From positions 1-59,154 of IMG/VR virus record IMGVR_UViG_3300044998_000560: a DNA stretch of 59,154 nt. The stretch is one strand, 5' to 3'. Source of the stretch: a virus (Duplodnaviria; Caudoviricetes). The position numbers and the translations under genes were made by a program. This document shows positions 30,784-39,080 of this stretch, one piece after another; the stretch's first letter is position 1; each line of letters opens with the position of its first letter. The notes beneath the pieces are model-generated. The model saw nothing but the letters and a program-made list of their open reading frames with translations, did not search any database and was not told the origin of the DNA.

Positions 30784-30798
30784 GAAATCCTTTTTTTG

Positions 30799-30805
30799 AT
30801 AAATA
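30799..30805 (+). promoter_or_regulatory. Putative late promoter (ATAAATA)
   Basis: In the gp17-gp18 gap. Confidence 0.55.
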
Positions 30806-30866
30806 CAAACAGACATAAAAAGGAATTTTTTATATTTTTTTGTTTTAGATAAGGAGAATCAATAAA

Positions 30867-32774
30867 ATGGCATTCCAGATTTCACCAGGTGTGCTGACAA
30901 GAGAAATCGACCTTTCAACATATATACCAGCCATTGGAACAACTACCGGAGCAATTGCTGGATTATTTCAATGGGGTCCCGTTGAACAAAGAGTTCTTGT
31001 CGATAGTCCACTTTCTTTAGAAAAAGTTTTTGGTAAACCAGATAACGAGACTTATATAGATTGGTTTAGCGCATTCAATTTCTTATCATATGGAAATTCA
31101 CTCTTAGTGATTCGCGCCGCTTCTGCTGCTGCAAAAAATGCAATTGCAAATAGTGGTAAAGTCGCTTCTCTCACCATTGTTTCCGGTGGATCCGGATATA
31201 ATGCAGGAGATACTACAGTAACAATTTCTGCTCCACCTCCTGGCGGAACACAAGCAACAGCAACATTAGTTATTGAAGGAGGAGTAATTACAGGAATTAC
31301 AATTACGAATCCTGGATCTGGTTATACTTCTGCTCCTACTGTTACGGTTACAGATTCAAATTTAACACCTGGATCTGGTGCAAATATTACCGCTGCTCTT
31401 TATGTTCCTGTATTAATAAAAAATCTCGACGATTATACAGTAAATTATGCAGCCGGAGAAGGAAATGTTGGTATGTGGGCGGCAAAATATCCAGGTGAAT
31501 TAGGAAATTCTCTTACTGTTTCGATTGCTGATTCCGCATCATTTGCTGCTTGGGTATATAAAGATTTCTTTTCCTCAGCACCAGAAGTCGGGGAAGTTCA
31601 TGTGATTGTTGTAGATAAAGGTGGTGTGATTTCAGGTACTCCTGATACCGTTCTTGAAAAATTTGAATTTATGAGTAAGGCGGTTGATGCAAAGAAAGAA
31701 GATGGATCCTCAAACTATTACGCAAACGTAATCAATAGAACATCTTCATGGATTTGGTGGATGGATCACCCAGTCGGATCGAACTGGGGTGCGGTAGAGG
31801 GAACAACATTCACAACAATTAGTACAGCATTGACAGAACGTCTTGGTGGTGGTGTTTCCGGAAACAATTCCGCAACCTCTTCCGCTTACATCAATGCTTG
31901 GAATTTAGTACAAAATGGTGATGATGTTGATGTATCGTTGTTAATAGGAAGTTCTCCAAATGTTTCTGATAATGTCGCAATAGTTTACCAACATATTGTC
32001 GATAATATTTGCGAAGTTCGAAGAGATGTTGTAGCATTTTTCTCTCCGGAAATGAGTGATGTTGTATCAAATCCCGGTAATGAATTGGATGATACCGTAG
32101 AATTCTTCACAACAACATTGAATCGTCCAACTTCATATGCGGTTGCCACATGTAATTGGAAATATCAATATGATAAATTCAATGATACATTCCGTTGGGT
32201 TCCTGATAATGGAGATATTGCTGGATTATGTGTAAGAACAGATAGAGATAGAGATCCTTGGTATTCACCAGCAGGATTTAATCGTGGTGTGTTAAAGAAT
32301 GTTGTGGATCTTGCTTGGAAACCATCACAAGCGGATAGAGATGTTCTTTATGTAAATGGAATAAATCCTGTAACCACATTCAAAGGTCTTGGACCTGTAT
32401 TGTATGGAGATAAGACTCTATTAAGAAAACCATCGGCATTTGATAGAATCAATGTCCGCCGTCTGTTTATTGTTTTGGAAAAAGCAATTTCAACCGCAGC
32501 AAAATACTCATTATTTGAGTTTAATGATTCCTTTACGAGAGTTCAATTTCGAAATCTTGTTGAACCATTCTTAAGAGATGTTCAAGGAAGAAGAGGAATC
32601 TTTCAATTTCGTGTCGTTTGTGATGAAACGAATAATACACCAGAAGTAATTGATAGTAATAGATTTATTGGTGATATTTACATTAAACCAGCGAGATCAA
32701 TTAATTTTATTCAATTAAATTTCGTTGCAACAAGAACAGGTGTTGCATTTGAGGAAATTGTTGGTAAATTTTAA
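30867..32774 (+). CDS. gp18: Tail sheath protein gp18
   Basis: [30 protein letters not shown]...[30 protein letters not shown]. Confidence 0.98.
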   Translation: MAFQISPGVLTREIDLSTYIPAIGTTTGAIAGLFQWGPVEQRVLVDSPLSLEKVFGKPDNETYIDWFSAFNFLSYGNSLLVIRAASAAAKNAIANSGKVASLTIVSGGSGYNAGDTTVTISAPPPGGTQATATLVIEGGVITGITITNPGSGYTSAPTVTVTDSNLTPGSGANITAALYVPVLIKNLDDYTVNYAAGEGNVGMWAAKYPGELGNSLTVSIADSASFAAWVYKDFFSSAPEVGEVHVIVVDKGGVISGTPDTVLEKFEFMSKAVDAKKEDGSSNYYANVINRTSSWIWWMDHPVGSNWGAVEGTTFTTISTALTERLGGGVSGNNSATSSAYINAWNLVQNGDDVDVSLLIGSSPNVSDNVAIVYQHIVDNICEVRRDVVAFFSPEMSDVVSNPGNELDDTVEFFTTTLNRPTSYAVATCNWKYQYDKFNDTFRWVPDNGDIAGLCVRTDRDRDPWYSPAGFNRGVLKNVVDLAWKPSQADRDVLYVNGINPVTTFKGLGPVLYGDKTLLRKPSAFDRINVRRLFIVLEKAISTAAKYSLFEFNDSFTRVQFRNLVEPFLRDVQGRRGIFQFRVVCDETNNTPEVIDSNRFIGDIYIKPARSINFIQLNFVATRTGVAFEEIVGKF

Positions 32775-32801
32775 AAAAGAGGGAGAAGACTCCCTCTTTT
32801 T
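32774..32801 (+). terminator. Intrinsic terminator after gp18
   Basis: AAAAAGAGGGAG-AAGA-CTCCCTCTTTTT hairpin with U tract. Confidence 0.85.
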
Positions 32802-32805
32802 CACC

Positions 32806-32812
32806 ATAAATA
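32806..32812 (+). promoter_or_regulatory. Putative late promoter for gp19 (ATAAATA)
   Basis: Immediately after the terminator, before gp19. Confidence 0.6.
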
Positions 32813-32844
32813 TATTAGAATAAATAATTTAAGAGGAATAAAAA

Positions 32845-33411
32845 ATGTCGTTAACAGTACAAGATTTTAGAGCCCAATTGAAATTTGGTGGTGCAAGACC
32901 TACTCTTTTCAAAGTAACTCTTCCATTTCCGTTGGTGACTCCTGATACTGATGCCTCCACAAAATTAACATTTACATGTGAGGCAGCTTCATTACCTTCA
33001 TCAAATGTTTCAGCAATACAAGTTATGTATATGGGGCGCCAAACAAAATGGGCTGGTGATAGAACATTTGATGATTGGAATGTAACTATCATTAATGATG
33101 AAGATTTTAAAGTCAGAAAGGCTTTTGAAAGATGGCTTTCCGCTTTAAATTCTCACTATTCAAACTTAAGAAATCCTGGTGCCGTAGAAACAACTGGATA
33201 TCAGGTCGATGCTTTTGTGACACAACTAAGCCGCACAGGAGAAGTTATTGAAGGATATAAATTCATTGGAATGTTTCCAACAACAATAACACCTATTGAA
33301 TTGGCGTGGGGATCTACAGATACGATAGAAAGATTCAACGTTTCACTTTCTTATCAGTGGTGGGAGAATGCTCAAACTGATGGGCAAGGTGGAGCCGCTT
33401 TTAATCTATAA
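32845..33411 (+). CDS. gp19: Tail tube protein gp19
   Basis: GGARPTLF.V, CEAASLP, GDRTFDDWNVTIINDEDF.VR.AFE.W, FPT.I.PIEL.W. Confidence 0.97.
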   Translation: MSLTVQDFRAQLKFGGARPTLFKVTLPFPLVTPDTDASTKLTFTCEAASLPSSNVSAIQVMYMGRQTKWAGDRTFDDWNVTIINDEDFKVRKAFERWLSALNSHYSNLRNPGAVETTGYQVDAFVTQLSRTGEVIEGYKFIGMFPTTITPIELAWGSTDTIERFNVSLSYQWWENAQTDGQGGAAFNL

Positions 33412-33458
33412 AATGGTATTTTTGTGTTTTTTTAATAAGTAAGCGAGGAAAATAATAA

Positions 33459-35204
33459 ATGGCAAATTGGCGCCTATTTGGATTTAGTATTGGAGATCCA
33501 GCCGAAAAATATAAAAAAGAATTAGAAAAACAAAAATCTTTTTCTATTCCTACTAATGAAGATGGTGCGGTAGTAATTCAGGCTGGTGGTGTTTTTGGTA
33601 CTTATGTGGATCTTGACGGAGCTTCTGCTAAAAATGAAGTTGAATTAATTACGAAATATCGTGAAATGTCTCTTACTCCGGAGGCATCAATGGCTATAGA
33701 TGATATAGTTAATGAAGCGATAGTGATGGAGGATAATAAACCTCCAGTAAAACTCATTACAGATGATTTGCCATATGACAAGTCATTTAAGGGGAAATTA
33801 AATGACGAATTTGATAATATCATTGGACTTTTGGATTTTAATAACATCGGTTATGAAATATTTAGGCGTTGGTATGTTGATGGTAGGCTTTATTTCCATA
33901 TCATCATTGATGAAGAAAATCCTCACGAAGGCATCAAAGAATTAAGATATATTGATCCGAGAAAAATAAGAAAGGTACGGGAAATTAAAAAGAAAATTGA
34001 TAATATTACTGGATCCGAAGTAATTACGGATATACAAGAATATTATATTTTCAACGAGAAAGGAATACAATCTTCCGCAGGTTTGTATACTGCTACGGGT
34101 ATGGGTGGTGTGAAAATTTCTGTTGATTCAATATGTTATGTAAATTCCGGTCTTGTTGATGCACAATATAACACGATAGTTTCTCACCTTCATAAAGCAA
34201 TCAAACCATTAAATCAATTAAGAATGATTGAAGATGCGATAGTAATATATCGTCTTTCAAGAGCACCAGAAAGAAGAATATTTTATATTGATGTTGGTAA
34301 TTTGACGAAAACAAAAGCTGAAGCATATCTTAAAGAAGTTATGCAAAGATATAGAAATAAATTGGTTTATGATTCTAATACCGGTGAAATTCGTGATGAC
34401 AAACGGCATTTATCAATGTTAGAAGATTTTTGGCTTCCAAGAAGGGAAGGTGGAAAAGGAACGGAAGTTTCAACTCTCCAGGGTGGTCAAAATCTTGGAG
34501 AAATACAAGATGTAATGTATTTTAAGGAAAAATTATATAGAGCACTAGATGTTCCTTTAAGTAGATTACAAACGGAATCTGGTTTTTCTTTAGGACGCGC
34601 TTCTGAAATTACTCGTGATGAGTTGAAATTTACAAAAGCTATCCACAGGATGAGAATTCGCTTTTCTCATTTATTTGACAAATTATTAAAAATACAATGC
34701 ATTTTAAAAGGAATTATTGCCGAAGAAGATTGGGAAGAAATTACTAAAAAGATTTATTATAAATACCAAAAAGATTCTTATTTTTCTGAATTGAAAAATT
34801 CAGAAATTCTCCAAAATCGTGCGACGGTTCTACAACAATTAGAACCATATGTTGGAAAATATTATTCAAAAGATTATGTATACAAAAATGTTCTGCTTAT
34901 GAATGAAGAAGAAATAGAGGATATGAAGGTGAAAATAGAAACTGAGAGAAAAGAAGAATCTGAAAACAATTTAAATCAATTTAATAATACACAAAATGAT
35001 ATGAATACATTACCTTTTGATCCGAATATATCACCTGATGATCAAAACGCTCAACCACAGAATTTTCCTACTAATGAATTACCATTACCGCAAGAAAATA
35101 AAAAACAAGAACCGGGCAGAAAAAAACAAGAATTTAGGAACGAAAAAGAAATTAATTTAGTAAAAAGAGAGAAAAAAGAAAATCCTAAATTTATGTCCAA
35201 ATAA
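33459..35204 (+). CDS. gp20: Portal protein gp20
   Basis: WYVDGRL, LHKAIKPLNQLRMIEDA.VIYRLSRAPERRIFYIDVGN, MLEDFWLPRREGGKGTE, EITRDELKF. Confidence 0.98.
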   Translation: MANWRLFGFSIGDPAEKYKKELEKQKSFSIPTNEDGAVVIQAGGVFGTYVDLDGASAKNEVELITKYREMSLTPEASMAIDDIVNEAIVMEDNKPPVKLITDDLPYDKSFKGKLNDEFDNIIGLLDFNNIGYEIFRRWYVDGRLYFHIIIDEENPHEGIKELRYIDPRKIRKVREIKKKIDNITGSEVITDIQEYYIFNEKGIQSSAGLYTATGMGGVKISVDSICYVNSGLVDAQYNTIVSHLHKAIKPLNQLRMIEDAIVIYRLSRAPERRIFYIDVGNLTKTKAEAYLKEVMQRYRNKLVYDSNTGEIRDDKRHLSMLEDFWLPRREGGKGTEVSTLQGGQNLGEIQDVMYFKEKLYRALDVPLSRLQTESGFSLGRASEITRDELKFTKAIHRMRIRFSHLFDKLLKIQCILKGIIAEEDWEEITKKIYYKYQKDSYFSELKNSEILQNRATVLQQLEPYVGKYYSKDYVYKNVLLMNEEEIEDMKVKIETERKEESENNLNQFNNTQNDMNTLPFDPNISPDDQNAQPQNFPTNELPLPQENKKQEPGRKKQEFRNEKEINLVKREKKENPKFMSK

Positions 35205-35223
35205 ATAAAGGAGATATAATTAT

Positions 35224-35388
35224 ATGGAAGAAAAACGTTATGGTGCTTCTTTAGGTGTTTATTATAAAGGAAAAACGAAAGTTGAAGAACCAAAAGAAGA
35301 AAAGAATGAAAAGAAAATGACATTAAAGGAAATTTTTGAAACAACAAAAACAAAACCAAGAGGTACTAAAAATGACAATCGCCCATAA
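35224..35388 (+). CDS. Small 54-aa charged protein missed by the ORF track (MEEKRYGASLGVYYKGK...)
   Basis: Strong RBS AAAGGAG, ATAAATA upstream, overlaps the next start. Confidence 0.65.
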   Translation: MEEKRYGASLGVYYKGKTKVEEPKEEKNEKKMTLKEIFETTKTKPRGTKNDNRP

Positions 35389-35752
35389 AATTGTTGAAAA
35401 CATTTTAAAAGATGAGGCACAATCTTGTTTCGAAAATTTCGATGTTGCTTTAAAGATAAAAACATATCCAATTATTTCGGAAGCAGCAAAACAAATTGCT
35501 TCAACTGTTATTTTTGAAGCAAAAGATACACCCTCTGATTTTAATTTACAAGAGAAAATTTATAATTCTTTTCCACCACAAACACAAAAAGCAATTGATT
35601 TTGTTATCGAAAAAGTTGCTGAATACGGTACCAAAAATTTTTCAAATATCATAGAAGACGCGGAAGTTAAGTATGCTATTGTTGATGATAGTTTAAAAGA
35701 ATATTTTGGTCAAGCAATTACAGCAAAATTGTACGAATCAAACGTTCTTTAG
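35372..35752 (+). CDS. Prohead core protein, gp67-like
   Basis: Probable ATG at 35372 (GAGG RBS); helical N-terminus IVENIL.......F.......I....K.IA...F; position after gp20. Confidence 0.5.
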   Translation: MTIAHKIVENILKDEAQSCFENFDVALKIKTYPIISEAAKQIASTVIFEAKDTPSDFNLQEKIYNSFPPQTQKAIDFVIEKVAEYGTKNFSNIIEDAEVKYAIVDDSLKEYFGQAITAKLYESNVL

Positions 35753-35851
35753 AAAAACGGCGATATTAGAGATTATATTGTGGGAAGAAGTTAAAATGGA
35801 TGGAAAAAATATTTTTAAAGAGAATAGTTGTAGTAAAGGCGGTAGAACAAA

Positions 35852-36775
35852 ATGGTAAATCCATCAAAAACAATAGTTTCGTCTATATTAAATGAGGATG
35901 CCGTTACACTTTCAGATACATTTAACGAAACTCTTTTGAAATCTTTACAAAATAAATTAGAATCTGTAAAGATGAAGATTGTTTCGGAAGTTTTTGATAA
36001 TGGTGAATTTTCTGTTCGCCAACTGAAGGAACAGGTGGCAAGAGAAAAAAAATCGTTAAGAGATATGGTATTAGTAGGTTTGTCTTCAAATCTTGTTGAA
36101 GATTTTTCTTTAAAACCAAAGGATAAAGAAGAATTAAAGCGCGGTCGTGTAAGAACAGTAAACAAATTTAGAAATATGCCTAGCCAACATATGGATTCTT
36201 ACCGTGACCACCAGGAATATTATAAGAAAAATCCAACTTGGGCAGGAAAGCCTTCCTTTATGAAATCACCTGCTCATTTTATCGGAATCAAAACTGAAGA
36301 TTTTTCTTTAAAACCAAAAACGAGACAAGATTATGAAGCAAGACGTGTGAATAAACCAATCCATTATGTTCCTGCTAAAAAAATGAATGCCAACTCTCTT
36401 ATTGGAGATAAAGAAAATATGGGAATGAGTCGTAAATCATTACGTTCTTGGAAACCTGTGAAAGAAGATCATTCTCTAAAACTCGCAAATCCTAGACAAA
36501 GAAAATTATTTACTGATTTTTCATCCTTTAAACAACATAAAATAGAGAAGGATGCTGATTTAAAAACAGCAAACGCAATTAAACAGATAAACAAAGAGAA
36601 AAAAGATACTTATAAAAGATGGATGAATAATCGGTGGATGAGAAAGGAAGATTTTTCTTTAAAACCAAAATCTTCGCATGATATAATTTCTCGCAAAGTT
36701 GGTAATCCGAAAAGTATGGTTTCCACTCACCGTAAATCATTATTAAAAAATTTTGCTTTAGGGAGCAAAATTTAA
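35852..36775 (+). CDS. gp67-like N-terminus fused to four basic EDFSLKPK-led units (putative internal polyprotein)
   Basis: Motifs at 36098, 36296, 36464 (EDHSLKLA) and 36647; may extend to 36848 via a +1 shift. Confidence 0.65.
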   Translation: MVNPSKTIVSSILNEDAVTLSDTFNETLLKSLQNKLESVKMKIVSEVFDNGEFSVRQLKEQVAREKKSLRDMVLVGLSSNLVEDFSLKPKDKEELKRGRVRTVNKFRNMPSQHMDSYRDHQEYYKKNPTWAGKPSFMKSPAHFIGIKTEDFSLKPKTRQDYEARRVNKPIHYVPAKKMNANSLIGDKENMGMSRKSLRSWKPVKEDHSLKLANPRQRKLFTDFSSFKQHKIEKDADLKTANAIKQINKEKKDTYKRWMNNRWMRKEDFSLKPKSSHDIISRKVGNPKSMVSTHRKSLLKNFALGSKI

Positions 36776-36847
36776 TCATCGTGGTGATTTGATTAGAACA
36801 AAAGATAATAAGGTTATCGGTGTATCGAAAGGGGTTTCACAATTCTA

Positions 36848-37312
36848 ATGAAGTCTTTTTCCAATTTTATTAAAGAAGCGAAAGGATTGTGGCAACAGAA
36901 TTCTGTTTTCTTTAAAACAGGTCAAAAATATGCCGAAAAAGGAAAGGAAAAAACTCATCCAGACGGACAAAAAAAGCTTTCTCATCAAGAATATTATGAT
37001 CTTCCAAGAGAAGCGAGAAAAGCATATAGAGAAAAATATGGAAATGTGTATGAAGATTTTTCCTTAAAACCGAAAACAAAAAAAGAATTAGATAGAAGAG
37101 AAAAATTAATAAACATACCACAAATACAAGATAAAGTAAAAGGAAAAAATATTGTTCCAATATTAAAAAAGAGTATGGGAAAAAGTGATGATACCGGATC
37201 ACCAAATACTAAAATACAATTTTATAAATGGACAAAATATATTGATAAGATGTCCGGAAAAAAACCAAAATCAATAAGAAAATTTTTCAAAAGAGAATTA
37301 AGTTTAGATTAA
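36848..37312 (+). CDS. Basic putative internal head protein with capsid-targeting-like leader and an EDFSLKPK unit
   Basis: MKSFSNFIKE leader; motif at 37052. Confidence 0.65.
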   Translation: MKSFSNFIKEAKGLWQQNSVFFKTGQKYAEKGKEKTHPDGQKKLSHQEYYDLPREARKAYREKYGNVYEDFSLKPKTKKELDRREKLINIPQIQDKVKGKNIVPILKKSMGKSDDTGSPNTKIQFYKWTKYIDKMSGKKPKSIRKFFKRELSLD

Positions 37313-37324
37313 TAGGAGCATTGA

Positions 37325-37747
37325 ATGTCGGTTACAGCACAAATAATTAAAGATTCAACGAGGGAAACCGTCATTAAATTAACAAATTATGGCATAACTG
37401 AATCTGCTGTCACGAAAGTAGATGCCTCCACATTAGTAGGTGCCATAGAAGGACAATCGTTTCATGAAATTGTTATTACTAATATTTCATGGTCTGTTTC
37501 TGGATCTGGTGTGGTCACTTTACTTTGGGACGCAGGAACACCACAACCTATTGTAAATCTGAGTGGATCCGGATCATTGCGTTATACTGGTGGAGAATTT
37601 ATCATGATACGGAATAATGCTTCAAACCCGAATGGAGATATTAAATTGACTACAAATAATTGGGGTGCAACAGTAGCTTATACAATTATTTTAACTCTTT
37701 CCAAATTAACAAATTTTGATAGAGGCGGAGTCGATTCAGTAGGATAG
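37325..37747 (+). CDS. Conserved beta-rich virion protein of the gp20-gp21 interval
   Basis: VTAQIIKDSTRETVIKLTN...KVDAS.L...I.WS....L.W......LSGSG...GDI.LTT; RBS AGGAG. Confidence 0.65.
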   Translation: MSVTAQIIKDSTRETVIKLTNYGITESAVTKVDASTLVGAIEGQSFHEIVITNISWSVSGSGVVTLLWDAGTPQPIVNLSGSGSLRYTGGEFIMIRNNASNPNGDIKLTTNNWGATVAYTIILTLSKLTNFDRGGVDSVG

Positions 37748-37756
37748 GATAATCAT

Positions 37757-38323
37757 ATGAAAACATTTAGTCAATTCATACAAGAGTCTATTAATATTAT
37801 CGAACATGCTCCGAGAAAGGTTACTAAGACATTATATAAAGGTCCGATTAAAAAAATCGGAACAAAATATGAAGAAATGAATGGTATGGAAGAAGGATAT
37901 CGGGAACGCCGTAAAGGGGAAAAGAAAACTTCTTCTAACCCCGAATCGAATGTAAAGAAAGAAGATTTTTCTCTGAAACCAAAATCGAAAGAAGATTTAG
38001 CAAAACGGGATTTATCTCATCACCCACCTGTTCCACAAGATGAATATTTCAGACGGTCTGCAAAACGATGGTCAACAAAAGAAATGGATAGAGCACTTAG
38101 GCAGAAAAAGTGGAATATGGATCCGAGAACCGGAAATTTAGAAAACAGAAAAAGAGCGAGTGGTATTTCCGGCGGCGATCTTTCTGCGGCCGTAAAAACA
38201 TCTAGATGGGCGAAAGAAAAGAAAAAATCATTTGGAATTCATTATGGAAAAGTTGATTATATTCCTCAGGGACATAAAGATGCTTATAAAGAAACACTCA
38301 GAAAGAAAGGAATTAAAGTGTAA
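37757..38323 (+). CDS. Basic putative internal head protein with capsid-targeting-like leader and an EDFSLKPK unit
   Basis: MKTFSQFIQE leader; motif at 37961. Confidence 0.65.
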   Translation: MKTFSQFIQESINIIEHAPRKVTKTLYKGPIKKIGTKYEEMNGMEEGYRERRKGEKKTSSNPESNVKKEDFSLKPKSKEDLAKRDLSHHPPVPQDEYFRRSAKRWSTKEMDRALRQKKWNMDPRTGNLENRKRASGISGGDLSAAVKTSRWAKEKKKSFGIHYGKVDYIPQGHKDAYKETLRKKGIKV

Positions 38324-38328
38324 TTCCT

Positions 38329-39027
38329 ATGGGAAAAACAATGAAACTTATTACGGAATATAAAGATTTCGGTCAAGACATAACATATCTTACTGAAGAC
38401 GTACCTGGGGTAGGAAAAAAATATTTTATTTCTGGTATTTTTTTGCAAGCTAATGTAAAAAATCGTAATAATAGAATTTATCCTGAAGAAATTATGGAAA
38501 GAGAAGTGAATCGCTATACAAACAATTATATCTTAAAACGCAGAGCATTTGGGGAATTAGGACATCCTGAAGGTCCTTTGATTAATTTAGATCGCGTTTC
38601 ACATTTAATTGAACATTTAACTAGAGATGGATCTAATTGGATCGGAAAGGCAAAGATTTTAGACACACCGAATGGAAAAATTGTAAAAGCGATGATAGAT
38701 GATGGAGCGCAATTAGGTGTCTCATCGCGTGGTGTAGGTTCATTAACAAATAAAAATGGAGTAAATATTGTAGGTGATGATTTTATGCTATCAACCGCAG
38801 CCGATATTGTTGCAGATCCTTCAGCACCGGCAGCATTTGTGAATGGAATAATGGAAGGAAAAGAATGGGTTTGGAATAATGGTATTTTAAAAGAAGAAAA
38901 AATTGCGGAAATTGCGAAAACAATAAAAAAGAGACCATTAAAAAAAGGTATTAAAAAACATGTAATTGATGAAGAATCCGCAATAAAAGCATTTTCTCAT
39001 TTTTTATCCGAAATTTCAAAATATTAA
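38329..39027 (+). CDS. gp21: Prohead protease gp21
   Basis: MKLITE, GIFLQA..KNRN.RIYP, GELGHP, VSH.I, LGVSSRG.GSL, DIVADPSAP.AFV.GIME. Confidence 0.97.
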   Translation: MGKTMKLITEYKDFGQDITYLTEDVPGVGKKYFISGIFLQANVKNRNNRIYPEEIMEREVNRYTNNYILKRRAFGELGHPEGPLINLDRVSHLIEHLTRDGSNWIGKAKILDTPNGKIVKAMIDDGAQLGVSSRGVGSLTNKNGVNIVGDDFMLSTAADIVADPSAPAAFVNGIMEGKEWVWNNGILKEEKIAEIAKTIKKRPLKKGIKKHVIDEESAIKAFSHFLSEISKY

Positions 39028-39032
39028 TTTGG

Positions 39033-39039
39033 CTAAATA
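39033..39039 (+). promoter_or_regulatory. Putative late promoter for gp22/23 (CTAAATA)
   Basis: In the gp21-gp22 gap. Confidence 0.55.
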
Positions 39040-39080
39040 TAACTGTAAATAAAGGAATTAATTAAGGAGAATTAATTAAA

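Noticed and set aside
36098-37984. ~23-bp repeats GAAGATTTTTCTTTAAAACCAAA as a CRISPR array
   Set aside because: Spacing is 168-900 nt, all copies are in frame inside ORFs, the variation is synonymous, and no cas genes are present. It is a protein motif.
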